A stretch of 59,049 nt of DNA from positions 1 through 59,049 of the forward strand of contig JBLHHI010000002.1 of the NCBI GenBank assembly GCA_047614125.1, written 5' to 3'. Below are positions 8,811 through 17,645 of the stretch, piece by piece. The position numbers and the translations under genes are program-made. How positions within the stretch are numbered: the first letter of the stretch is position 1; the number at the start of each line of letters is the position of its first letter. Source of the DNA: Bacteroidia bacterium. GTDB taxonomy: Bacteria > Bacteroidota > Bacteroidia > NS11-12g > UBA9320. The notes beneath the pieces are model-generated. The model had not been told where the DNA came from and searched no databases. It saw only the letters and a program-made list of their open reading frames with translations.

Positions 8811-9107
8811 TATTGCGTTGGATGCGGAAATGGTATAATCTCCAATGTCTGTTCCATGTTGTGTTTCACAACCGGCGTAAGGCTTCCCATCTTTTAATGC
8901 GGTAAATTTTGCCACCGTGCTCGATGTATTTGCGCCAGTTGGGTCTGGATTGGATGTGATTTCAACAGCGGGATTGGTTGAATTTTAAAATACCGTCCAA
9001 GTCCAATCCGCGCAATTACCTGCTGATTCAAAATCGATGGGGGCTTTTTGTGCATTTCCTTGAAAAATAGAACAAGCTAAAAGGGTGCTTAGTAATTGTG
9101 CTTTCAT
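8811..9107 (-). pseudogene. remnant of a secreted-protein gene with an in-frame TAA, 3'-truncated at the repeat copy
   Basis: Minus-strand reading from the ATG at 9107 gives MKAQLLSTLLACSIFQGNAQKAPIDFESAGNCADWTWTVF-TAA(8985-8987)-NSTNPAVEITSNPDPTGANTSSTVAKFTALKDGKPYAGCETQHGTDIGDYTISASNA. The frame then runs into repeat sequence and stops at 8766-8768. It has a signal peptide followed by a pattern resembling N-termini of secreted carbohydrate-binding proteins. That resemblance comes from memory and is unverified. Confidence 0.5.
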
Positions 9108-9218
9108 TCGTAAATTTTTATCGAACATGCAACTTGTTGTATATTTTACCATAAATGGGTTTGCAAAAAATGCTTTTCAAGTTATTCGATCAATTTGGTT
9201 ATGAGATCTCTGCTTTCA

Positions 9219-10631
9219 TTAAAGTCGAATTAATATCTCCTGGCTGTTGGAGAGTTTAACAACATAGGAGCCAACCGGTAATTCCGAAATATCAATGTGC
9301 TTGTTCCAACTGGTGCCTTCTTGAATGCTTCTGCCGAATAAATCAAAAATAACATAGGCCAATGGCTCGGTAGAATCTACATATAGCAATTGGCCACTGC
9401 ATGGGTTTGGATAGATGGTTCGTCTTTTTATCATTGAGTACTCAATGGCCGCAGACTTTAAAAGCTCATATGCCCCAACATCCATTACTCCAGAAACGAC
9501 TCTCGAATCAAATTTGGCAGTATCGACATATTGCTGAGTCGGAATCAAACTAAAGCCCAACGGTTTGTTGTTCACTTCAACACCATTGTCAATACACGGA
9601 CTGGTATTCGTTGGCCGATAATCAAAGTTTAGCACATCTTTTAAATATGCGTTGGAAGGGTCATCAGAAATAAAGTTGTTTGATGAATCCAACCAAATCG
9701 GACTGCCTAAAAGCAATCCTCCAGTCTTTGCGCCAATTAATACGTTGTTCTTTACTAACAAAGTATCGGTATCGGTGTGTACTTGGATAAAGCTGCCTTT
9801 TATTTTCTTGTTAACAAAGGTGTTGTTCACCACCCAAATATTATGAGGTTTGTTGTTCGACAAGCCCTCCAAGCCATAACCAAGTAAATTACTATTTGCT
9901 GAATTCTCACCTTGTTCAATGATGTTTCCAAGAATGATGGCCGTTCCACCGTTTGGCAAGTCAATGTTTCGACTGTCGACCGAATTGAGGCTTGCCAAAT
10001 AATTGTATCGAATGATGTTAACATGTGCTCTACTTTTTAGTTCGTGTCCTTCGGCTATGGCATCAGCTGTAAAATTATATTGAAAAAAAAGCGTATCAAT
10101 GTGATTAATGTAAACGTTGTGTTGGAATCCTGGGTTGGAGGGACTTCCATTTCCAGTAAATACAGAATGCTCAATGGTAACGTTGCATTGGGAATAATTG
10201 CCACCGAGTATGCCCATTTCATTGCCTATAAAAGTGCAGTATCGGATAGAGAGAGGGCACCCTTCTTGACGGATTCCAGCTCCATTTCGATCCGGAACCC
10301 GTGCATTGGCAAATTCAATGTTTTCCACCAAACAATTTGATCCACCCAAAACCAAAATGGCCTTTCCGTTTGATTTAGCCGCTAGGTTTGCTCCGGCTTC
10401 AAGTCGTGGTCGACCATTTACTCCCTTGATTACTAAGTTGTTCTGGCCTAAATATACCTGAGGATGAGTGATGTACGTTGCTGCCTCAATAAGGATCGTA
10501 TCACCGTCATCAACCAATCCTTGCACGGAACTCAAGGTTTTATAAACGCCATTGGGGTTTACGCTCAACGTGGTAGCATGAGCTGATTGAACGATGAATA
10601 TTGTACCTATTAAACGTATTAAAACTCGCAT
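9219..10631 (-). CDS. right-handed parallel beta-helix repeat protein with T9SS type A sorting domain
   Basis: The ORF 9219..10712 is trimmed to the ATG at 10631 (MRVLIRLIGTIFIVQSAHA signal), which lies downstream of a perfect -7 box. Repeated GN/NN-containing beta-helix turns are present (FTGNGS, IEFANA, ILGNIIEQG, VVNNTFVN, VKNNVLIG). The C-terminal IYPNPCSGQLLYVDS...VVKLSNSQEILIRL is a type A sorting domain. Confidence 0.75.
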   Translation of the reverse strand: MRVLIRLIGTIFIVQSAHATTLSVNPNGVYKTLSSVQGLVDDGDTILIEAATYITHPQVYLGQNNLVIKGVNGRPRLEAGANLAAKSNGKAILVLGGSNCLVENIEFANARVPDRNGAGIRQEGCPLSIRYCTFIGNEMGILGGNYSQCNVTIEHSVFTGNGSPSNPGFQHNVYINHIDTLFFQYNFTADAIAEGHELKSRAHVNIIRYNYLASLNSVDSRNIDLPNGGTAIILGNIIEQGENSANSNLLGYGLEGLSNNKPHNIWVVNNTFVNKKIKGSFIQVHTDTDTLLVKNNVLIGAKTGGLLLGSPIWLDSSNNFISDDPSNAYLKDVLNFDYRPTNTSPCIDNGVEVNNKPLGFSLIPTQQYVDTAKFDSRVVSGVMDVGAYELLKSAAIEYSMIKRRTIYPNPCSGQLLYVDSTEPLAYVIFDLFGRSIQEGTSWNKHIDISELPVGSYVVKLSNSQEILIRL

Positions 10632-10646
10632 ATGAATAAAATTTAT

Positions 10647-10654
10647 CAAAGATA
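10647..10654 (-). promoter_or_regulatory. -7 promoter box TATCTTTG (perfect TAnnTTTG) for the beta-helix gene
   Basis: The plus strand reads CAAAGATA at 10647-10654, 16 nt upstream of the ATG at 10631. This matches the established Bacteroidota sigma-A -7 consensus. Confidence 0.5.
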
Positions 10655-10898
10655 AGGGTTTGTTTAAAGCCACAATTACGGGTTTGTACCCATTTGAAAT
10701 AATTCGACACAATAATCACAAAGCATCCTCAAATATTCTTCAACTCACCTACGCCACGATTCCTTCAACTTCAACCAGCCTACGCAAGCTACAGCCTGCG
10801 GCGTACAGGTTCGGCTGGCGCGGCTTTAACTTAAAAAGGATTACTCCGTGATCCTCTTTAAGCCGTGAATGGAATCAAAAGTTGCGCTGTCGCGCCTC

Positions 10899-10956
10899 GG
10901 GCTTTTTTTGACCCAAAAACTCAAGCAAGCTTGGTTTTTGGTCACAAAAAAAGCCC
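10899..10956. other. long imperfect palindrome (back-to-back hairpins) centred on CAAGCTTG
   Basis: Left arm GGGCTTTTTTTGACCCAAAAAC and right arm GTTTTTGGTCACAAAAAAAGCCC pair with a small bulge. The centre TCAAGCAAGCTTG contains the palindrome CAAGCTTG. Confidence 0.5.
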
Positions 10957-10972
10957 GGCACTTCGTGCCGAG
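10944..10972 (-). terminator. intrinsic terminator downstream of tRNA-Arg
   Basis: The minus strand reads CTCGGCAC-GAAG-TGCCGGGC followed by T7. On the plus strand this is aaaaaaagcccggcacttcgtgccgag. Confidence 0.7.
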
Positions 10973-10987
10973 CTTTTGATCATCAAG

Positions 10988-11061
10988 TGCACCCGAGAGG
11001 GTTCGAACCTCTAACCACCAGAGCCGAAATCTGGTATTCTATCCAGTTGAACTACGGGTGC
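10988..11061 (-). tRNA. tRNA-Arg (anticodon UCG)
   Basis: The reverse complement folds as a cloverleaf. Acceptor GCACCCG/CGGGTGC, D arm GTTC-AACTGGATA-GAAT, anticodon arm CCAGA-TTTCGGC-TCTGG (anticodon TCG), T arm AGAGG-TTCGAAC-CCTCT, discriminator A. No CCA is encoded. Length 74 nt. Confidence 0.9.
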
Positions 11062-11110
11062 TTTTTTGCAGCCGCGAATATACACGTAACTTTATTTTAC
11101 TAAAGTTCTT

Positions 11111-12493
11111 TTAATCAAAAATCTTACCCGGATTCATAATGCCGTTTGGATCAAAAACGGCCTTAATTCCTCTAAACAAAGTAAAATGAGCATCTTTCAT
11201 TACTTCGTTCATAAAACCTTTTTGCACATAGCCAATGCCATGTTCACCGCTAATGGTTCCACCCAAACGCTTACACAGCTGAAATATCTTGCGTATGCCT
11301 TGATCCAAATGTTCCCCGTTCCAAGCTTCATCCGACATATTGTTCTTCAAAATGTTCACATGCAAATTACCATCTCCGGCGTGTCCATAACAAACCGACT
11401 CAAAACCATACTCTGCTCCTATTTCCTTAACTCCAGCCATTAGCTCGGGCAGAGAAGCTCTTTTTACTACCGTATCTTCTTCTTTGTAAATGGAATGCGC
11501 CTTAACAATTTCACCAATGCTTTTGCGAAGTTTCCACCAGCTTTCCTTTTGTGCCGAAGTATCTCCAAAACGTACATCCAAAACATTATAATCTTCTAAA
11601 ATGCCGTTAATGAGCTCAGCATCAGCGAACAATAAATCCATATTGTTGCCATCTAATTCTATTAATAAGCTGGCTTCCGAATCAATTGGCATTGGATGTG
11701 GAAGGTTGAGCATTTCAGCCGCCAACTCAATTCCTTTGCGTTCCATGAGCTCGAGTCCTGAAGGTACTACCCCACTTTTCATCACTTCCGATACTGCCTT
11801 GCATGCATCGATGGCGTTCGAAAAGCTGGCCCAAAGCAGTACATCACATTTGGGCTTTGCAATCAACTTAACCACAATCTTAGTTATAACACCCAACGTC
11901 CCCTCACTCCCAATCATTAGATGCGTGAGACTGTATCCTGTCGAATTTTTCAGTGTATCAGAGCCCGTCCAAATTACCTCACCATTTGGCAAAACCACTT
12001 CTAGATTTAATATGTAGTCTCTTGTTACTCCATATTTTACGGCTTTGGGTCCACCACTGTTATGTGCAACATTTCCACCCAAAAAACAAGAGCCTCTGCT
12101 GGCTGGGTCTGGAGGATAAAACAAGCCCAGAAGCTCCACCTCATTGCGGAATACTTCGTTTATTACTCCAGGTTCCACAACTGCTTGAAGATTATCAACG
12201 TCAACTTTTAAGATTTTATCAAAGGCTTCCATACTCAATGAAATGCCTCCAGAAATGGGCAAACAAGCTCCGCTCAACCCGGTACCTGCACCTCTTGGAC
12301 TGACTGGTATTTTGTTTGCGTTGCAAAATTTGAGAATGCTGGAAACATCTTGAACCGATTTGGGTATTACAACCACGTCGGGCTTGAAAATCAAATCTTC
12401 CGTTTGATCCTGCCCATATTTAAGCAGCGAAGCATCGTCCTCATAAATGAGGTCTCGGTCGATAATAGCAGAAAGCTGAGTTTTTAGATTCAA
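11111..12493 (-). CDS. FAD-linked oxidase (GlcD / D-lactate dehydrogenase family)
   Basis: 460-aa ORF with a TTG start. N-terminal PCMH-type FAD-binding region (VVIPKSVQDVSSILKFCNANKIPVSPRGAGTGLSGA). C-terminal FAD-oxidase region (GHAGDGNLHVNI, SGEHGIGYVQKGF). Confidence 0.8.
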   Translation of the reverse strand: MNLKTQLSAIIDRDLIYEDDASLLKYGQDQTEDLIFKPDVVVIPKSVQDVSSILKFCNANKIPVSPRGAGTGLSGACLPISGGISLSMEAFDKILKVDVDNLQAVVEPGVINEVFRNEVELLGLFYPPDPASRGSCFLGGNVAHNSGGPKAVKYGVTRDYILNLEVVLPNGEVIWTGSDTLKNSTGYSLTHLMIGSEGTLGVITKIVVKLIAKPKCDVLLWASFSNAIDACKAVSEVMKSGVVPSGLELMERKGIELAAEMLNLPHPMPIDSEASLLIELDGNNMDLLFADAELINGILEDYNVLDVRFGDTSAQKESWWKLRKSIGEIVKAHSIYKEEDTVVKRASLPELMAGVKEIGAEYGFESVCYGHAGDGNLHVNILKNNMSDEAWNGEHLDQGIRKIFQLCKRLGGTISGEHGIGYVQKGFMNEVMKDAHFTLFRGIKAVFDPNGIMNPGKIFD

Positions 12494-12571
12494 AGTGATT
12501 GTACTTTAGACCAACGAAGTAATGAAAGATGGCCAACATTTTTCTTATTATTGAAGCGAAATTTGAAATCA

Positions 12572-14758
12572 ATGAAAAAAGTATATACATTATCAATTTT
12601 ACTCCTGACTTCATGCATGGCATTTGCCGATGCACGTGTACATATTAGTTTGGAAGATATTTGGAGCAAAAGAATCTTTAATCCAACAACCATAAGTGGT
12701 TTTACCAACTTAAACGACGGAACGAGCTACTGCAAGTTGGAACAGGATGAAAACAAAAATTCAGTAGTTAATATCTATAACTATGCTTCGGGCGAAAAAA
12801 CGGGTTTGCTTATTGATGGAGCTGCCATTGCCAAAATAAATGGATTCAAGAGTTTTGGATTCGGTTCTTTCGAGCTGTCAGCCGATGAACAAGTCGCAAT
12901 TATTCCCACAGCCGTTGAAGGCATTTATCGGCACTCAACCCGATCGTTGGTATACATTTGGGATCGCAAAACCAACAAGCTCACCTTGATAGATAAAGAC
13001 AAAGTGATGTATGCAACCTTAAACAAACATGCTACACACATCGCATATGTTAAAGCTAACAACCTCTATATAAGAAACTTAGTTAAAGGAAAAACCAAAC
13101 AAGTCACCAAGGATGGGAAGCATGGCTCCATTATCAATGGGGGAGTTGACTGGGTATATGAAGAAGAATTTTCGATGAGCAGAGGTTTTGAATGGAATGA
13201 GGATGGGACTAAAATTGCCTATTACCGATTTGATGAAACACGCGTAAAAATGTGGGACATGGAAATCTTTGGACAGCTGTACCCGTTTCACGATCAGTTT
13301 AAATATCCAAAAGCTGGAGAGCAGAATTCGGTTGTTGATGTGTACATCTGTGATTTGAAAGGAAAGAGCAAGAAGTTAGAATTGGGTTCAGAAAACGACC
13401 AATACTTGCCTAGAATTAAATGGACTAAAGATCCAAATTCGTTATCGGTACAACGTCTCAACCGATTGCAAAACCACCTTGAGTTACTCATTGTGGATGC
13501 CAGTTCTGGAAAATCGTTTGTTAGTTTGGATGAGCGCAACAACTACTATATTGATATTACCGATGATTTTATTTTTCTTGAAGATAAGCGACATTTTATC
13601 ATAAAAAGTGAACGCGAAGGATATTGGCATTTGTATATGCATAAGATTGAAGGCCCATTGGTATTCGAAATAACTCGAGGCAATTTCGAAGTTGACAAGT
13701 TGCTAGGCGTGGATGAGAAGAATCAAAAAGTGTATTTCACCTCAACCGAAAAATCGTCCATTGAAAGACATATTTACATGGCGGATATAGACGGTCGAAA
13801 CCGAAAGAGGATTACTAATAAAAATGGCAATCACGATGCGGTTTTTAGCAAGGACTTTTCTTTGTTTTTACACACATACTCCACTGTTAATGAGTCTCTT
13901 AGATACACTATCAACGACAATACGGGCAAAGAAGTGCGCGTTATTGAAGACAATGCTGTTTTTAACAAAACATTGAGTCGGTACATAATGGGGGCCTTAG
14001 AATTTGAGAAAATAAAAGTTTCGACAGGTTCTGAGTTAAATGCCTATACCATTAAGCCCGCTAACTTCGACAGCAGTAAAACCTATCCTCTTTTAATGTT
14101 TGTTTACGGTGGTCCCGGTTCGCAACAGGTAGAAGACAAGTTTTTATGGAGCAATTATTTTTGGCATCAAATGCTGGCAAATCGGCACGGCTACATCATA
14201 GCATGTGTTGATAACCGAGGCACTGGTGGTAGAGGTGAAGAGTTCAAAAAATCAACATATTTGAAATTGGGTAAGTACGAAACGGAAGATCAAATTGCAG
14301 CTGCTCAATATTTTGGAAACTTGCCGTACATAGATGTAAGCAGAATTGGCATTTGGGGTTGGAGCTATGGTGGCTATATGAGCAGTTTGTGTATTGCTAA
14401 AGGAAATGAGACCTTTAAGATGGCTATTGCCGTTGCACCAGTTACCAACTGGCGTTATTACGACAACATTTATACGGAGCGATTCATGCGTACCCCTGCA
14501 GAAAATGCTGGTGGGTATGATGATAATTCTCCCATTAATCATGTTGATAAAATTAAAGGTAATTACCTGATTGTTCACGGATTAGCAGATGATAACGTTC
14601 ATTTCCAAAATACGGCTGAGATGATTAACAGCATGGTTAACAACAACGTCTCCTTTGATTCTGAAATCTATCCAAACAAAAACCACGGAATTTATGGTGG
14701 CAACACTCGATTGCACTTGTTTACCAAGATGACGAATTACATTTTGGAGAATTTGTAA
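12572..14758 (+). CDS. dipeptidyl-peptidase IV (S9B prolyl oligopeptidase family)
   Basis: The ORF is trimmed to the ATG at 12572, giving the signal MKKVYTLSILLLTSCMAFA. It has an N-terminal beta-propeller-type region. The catalytic triad context is GWSYGGY (Ser), GLADDNVHF (Asp) and NKNHGI (His). Confidence 0.85.
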   Translation: MKKVYTLSILLLTSCMAFADARVHISLEDIWSKRIFNPTTISGFTNLNDGTSYCKLEQDENKNSVVNIYNYASGEKTGLLIDGAAIAKINGFKSFGFGSFELSADEQVAIIPTAVEGIYRHSTRSLVYIWDRKTNKLTLIDKDKVMYATLNKHATHIAYVKANNLYIRNLVKGKTKQVTKDGKHGSIINGGVDWVYEEEFSMSRGFEWNEDGTKIAYYRFDETRVKMWDMEIFGQLYPFHDQFKYPKAGEQNSVVDVYICDLKGKSKKLELGSENDQYLPRIKWTKDPNSLSVQRLNRLQNHLELLIVDASSGKSFVSLDERNNYYIDITDDFIFLEDKRHFIIKSEREGYWHLYMHKIEGPLVFEITRGNFEVDKLLGVDEKNQKVYFTSTEKSSIERHIYMADIDGRNRKRITNKNGNHDAVFSKDFSLFLHTYSTVNESLRYTINDNTGKEVRVIEDNAVFNKTLSRYIMGALEFEKIKVSTGSELNAYTIKPANFDSSKTYPLLMFVYGGPGSQQVEDKFLWSNYFWHQMLANRHGYIIACVDNRGTGGRGEEFKKSTYLKLGKYETEDQIAAAQYFGNLPYIDVSRIGIWGWSYGGYMSSLCIAKGNETFKMAIAVAPVTNWRYYDNIYTERFMRTPAENAGGYDDNSPINHVDKIKGNYLIVHGLADDNVHFQNTAEMINSMVNNNVSFDSEIYPNKNHGIYGGNTRLHLFTKMTNYILENL

Positions 14759-14804
14759 CCAATTTTTTCATATTTTCGACCCACATTTTTTTTAAGAAAT
14801 ATTT

Positions 14805-16751
14805 ATGAGTAGTTCAAAACACCCTAAAGGCTTATACGTCCTGTTTATTACAGAGATGTGGGAACGCTTTAGCTATTATGGCATGCGAGCCATCTTTATT
14901 CTCTACATGACCAAGGCTTTGTTGTTCGACAAAGAACTTGCAGCCTTCTTATATGGGAACTATACGAGCTTGGTGTATCTCACACCGCTTATTGGTGGGT
15001 ACGTTGCCGATCGTTACTGGGGGAACCGAAAATCGATATTTTGGGGAGGTATATTAATGGCCCTTGGGCAATTTCTTCTTTTCTTTAGTGCATTGAACTA
15101 TACCCAAATTGCAGAAAATCCAGAAACGTTGAGCATGGCCAAAATGGCCTTTTATGCTGGACTGGGCTTCTTGATTTTTGGTAATGGTTTCTTTAAACCC
15201 AATATTTCAACAATGGTTGGACAACTCTATCCAAAAGGGGATACGCGGCTGGACAGTGCCATGACCATTTTCTATATGGGAATAAACCTTGGGGCCTTTA
15301 TAGCACCGCTGGTTGCAGGTGGTTTTGGCGATACTGGTTGTCCCGAAGATTTTAAATGGGGTTTCTTAGCCTCTGCTATAGGGATGATCATTTCCATTGT
15401 TTTCTTTGAACTCTTTAAGAACAAATACATTGTTACTCATGAAGGAGAACCAGTTGGTATGGCTCCAACCAAAGCCGAAGTGGTTAAGATGACTACCGAT
15501 GGAAACATCGATACTCCTGAGGAGGTGAAGAAAGGCTTCGACATAGTAGAATTACTTAAATACCTTGGCCTATTCGCCATACTTTTTACCGGATTCTATT
15601 TCTGGCTCCAGGACATCGTAGGAGCAGTGCTTTACTCTTTGGTAATCGTAGCACCGCTTAGCATAATTATGGATAAGTCGCTATCACGTATTGAAAAGGA
15701 ACGAATTGGCGTAATTTACATATGTGCTGGCTTTGTGATCTTTTTCTGGTCGGCTTTCGAACAAGCTGGTGCCTCCCTTACCTTTTTTGCAGACGAGCAA
15801 ACCAATAGAGACATAGGTGGATGGACGATGCCGGCATCATTCTTTCAATCGTTTAATGCTTTGTTCATCGTGGTCTTTGCCCCTATAATGGCTTGGTTAT
15901 GGACGTATTTAGATAAAAAAGGAAAAGAGCCTGCTTCCCCTTATAAACAGGCCATGGGTCTTTTCTTGCTTGCACTTGGTTACTTATTTATAGCCTTTTT
16001 TGTTAAGGGCATTGACCCAAATTCGAAGGTTACGATGTTTGCATTAATTGGCTTATACTGGTTACATACCATGGGCGAATTATCACTATCGCCAATTGGT
16101 TTGTCGATGGTAGTTAAGCTTTCGCCGGTTAAGTTTACCAGTCTTTTAATGGGCGTTTGGTTTTTATCTATGGCCACAAGTAATAAACTCGCAGGAGTAT
16201 TGAGTGGTTTGTACCCTGAAGATCAATCCAAAGAATTGGTCGCCAGCTTTGATGTTGCCCAACTCCCCGATTCCGTTTCGTGGTATTCGAATGCGGTATC
16301 TGAAGTAACCGAACAAAACTGGGAGGTTGAAACTCAAAAGGTTTTGAAAGAAGGTGACAAAGATTCGTCAATGGTTATTTCGAAATTTGCGTTGAGCCCA
16401 GAGTCGAGTGATTTTCCGGATTTAAAAGCGAAACGAATTTTAATCTCTTCAAAATTCTTTGTTGAAGCATCTGCTGATGAGGCCAAGGTTTGTAATGCAA
16501 CTGTTGCTGCAGATCGATTCTTATATGGAGCAAATGGGGCTAAAAACGAGTTTTACCTCATTAAAGAAGGAAAGAAGAAAACAGTGATGGAGGTTTGGAA
16601 CTTAAAACCAGAACGACCCACTTTCTTGGGTAAATCAATTGAAACCTTGTACGATTTCTTTATGATATTCGTAGGAATGGCAGGAGCCGCTTCGGTAATA
16701 TTGTTCTTGTTAAGCAAGAAACTAGTTCGAATGATGAACGGAGTTCGGTAA
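14805..16751 (+). CDS. proton-dependent oligopeptide (POT/PTR2) transporter
   Basis: ExxERFxYY motif (EMWERFSYYGMRA), the GGYVADRYWG signature and FYMGINLGAF. There are many hydrophobic helices. A hydrophilic insertion of about 140 aa precedes the last helix. Confidence 0.85.
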   Translation: MSSSKHPKGLYVLFITEMWERFSYYGMRAIFILYMTKALLFDKELAAFLYGNYTSLVYLTPLIGGYVADRYWGNRKSIFWGGILMALGQFLLFFSALNYTQIAENPETLSMAKMAFYAGLGFLIFGNGFFKPNISTMVGQLYPKGDTRLDSAMTIFYMGINLGAFIAPLVAGGFGDTGCPEDFKWGFLASAIGMIISIVFFELFKNKYIVTHEGEPVGMAPTKAEVVKMTTDGNIDTPEEVKKGFDIVELLKYLGLFAILFTGFYFWLQDIVGAVLYSLVIVAPLSIIMDKSLSRIEKERIGVIYICAGFVIFFWSAFEQAGASLTFFADEQTNRDIGGWTMPASFFQSFNALFIVVFAPIMAWLWTYLDKKGKEPASPYKQAMGLFLLALGYLFIAFFVKGIDPNSKVTMFALIGLYWLHTMGELSLSPIGLSMVVKLSPVKFTSLLMGVWFLSMATSNKLAGVLSGLYPEDQSKELVASFDVAQLPDSVSWYSNAVSEVTEQNWEVETQKVLKEGDKDSSMVISKFALSPESSDFPDLKAKRILISSKFFVEASADEAKVCNATVAADRFLYGANGAKNEFYLIKEGKKKTVMEVWNLKPERPTFLGKSIETLYDFFMIFVGMAGAASVILFLLSKKLVRMMNGVR

Positions 16752-16790
16752 TTCTATCGTAATAATAATCAAGGTCTAATATTTTTAAAA

Positions 16791-16827
16791 AGTCCGAGTA
16801 TTTTAATTAATACTCGGACTTTTTATT
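16791..16827 (+). terminator. intrinsic terminator after the POT gene
   Basis: Stem AGTCCGAGTATT, loop TTAATT, stem AATACTCGGACT, followed by TTTTATT. Confidence 0.75.
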
Positions 16828-16860
16828 GAAAATAATATAGGTATGTTAAATTGGTAACGT

Positions 16861-16868
16861 TAAATTTG
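16861..16868 (+). promoter_or_regulatory. -7 promoter box TAAATTTG (perfect TAnnTTTG) at the head of the polysaccharide locus
   Basis: It lies 28 nt upstream of the GTG at 16896 and downstream of the TTG at 16851. This argues for the shorter Wza start. Confidence 0.5.
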
Positions 16869-16895
16869 TCCTCACAAAAATTAGAAGAGAGAAAA

Positions 16896-17645
16896 GTGCG
16901 AATTGGACCCATTCTGATCTTATTATTTGCGGTGGTTTTATCTGGCTGTGGTAGTAAATTTATTTATTTCCAACAAAAAGAAACAAGCAAAAATACCTTC
17001 CAAAACATTGAGGTTACCCCTAAAGCGGATGTACGATTGCACATCATTACTGAAGGTGACGTAATTAAACTAAACGTTCACAGTTATGACGCTTCGGTAA
17101 CCGAAGAATTTAACGCTGTAGTTAGTAGTGGCGACAATATAACAGGGTATCAGGTAAACGGAACTGGCCAACTATTTCTTCCCTACATCGGCGGTCTTAA
17201 AGTAAAAGATTTAACCATTGAACAAGCGGAGGATTTGATTAGAGATACCTTATCAACCTATCTTGTAAACGTTAAGGTTGCCTTAGAACTCACGGCCTTT
17301 GAAATTAAGGTTCTTGGAGAAGTTGCAAAACCTGGAATTATTTTAGTACCCTTCGATCACGGTACCATTTTAGATGCCATTGCCTTATGTGGTGATGTAA
17401 CCTTCAACGGAAATCCAATAAACGTAAAACTCATCCGCGAAACCGATGGGAAAACAGAAAATCACTTCTTAGATTTAACAGATGTAGATATTTTTCGAAG
17501 CCCATACTACCAACTAAAGAGCAAAGATATACTCTATGTTGAAACGTTGAAGAGACAAATTGTTCGTGAGAATCTAACATTCATAAGCATATTTTCTTCA
17601 CTCTTGAGCACAGCGACCATAATAATAACCCTGAGCCGGAGATGA
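16896..17645 (+). CDS. wza: polysaccharide export outer-membrane lipoprotein (Wza family)
   Basis: The ORF 16851..17645 is trimmed to the GTG at 16896, giving M-RIGPILILLFAVVLSGC with a lipobox. It has a Poly_export-like region (GYQVNGTGQLFLPYIGGLKVKDLTIEQAE) and an SLBB-like region (IKVLGEVAKPGIILVP). Its stop overlaps the wzc start (ATGA). Confidence 0.75.
   Translation: MRIGPILILLFAVVLSGCGSKFIYFQQKETSKNTFQNIEVTPKADVRLHIITEGDVIKLNVHSYDASVTEEFNAVVSSGDNITGYQVNGTGQLFLPYIGGLKVKDLTIEQAEDLIRDTLSTYLVNVKVALELTAFEIKVLGEVAKPGIILVPFDHGTILDAIALCGDVTFNGNPINVKLIRETDGKTENHFLDLTDVDIFRSPYYQLKSKDILYVETLKRQIVRENLTFISIFSSLLSTATIIITLSRR

Noticed and set aside
8416-8987. Two in-frame TAA codons (8416-8418 on +, 8985-8987 on -) as evidence of stop-codon reassignment or programmed read-through
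   Set aside because: Many well-supported genes in the window terminate at TAA at the expected place (for example the 1461-aa gene, wzc and the epimerase at 22077). Both cases also sit in a region with an additional frameshift and a truncation, so ordinary nonsense mutations are the simpler explanation.
10660-10851. 63-aa ORF between the beta-helix gene and tRNA-Arg; also a possible integrated element at the tRNA
   Set aside because: The ORF starts inside or upstream of the neighbouring gene's promoter region and has no coding-like features. There is no integrase gene, and no direct repeat of the tRNA 3' end was seen in the window. There is therefore no support for a genomic island boundary.
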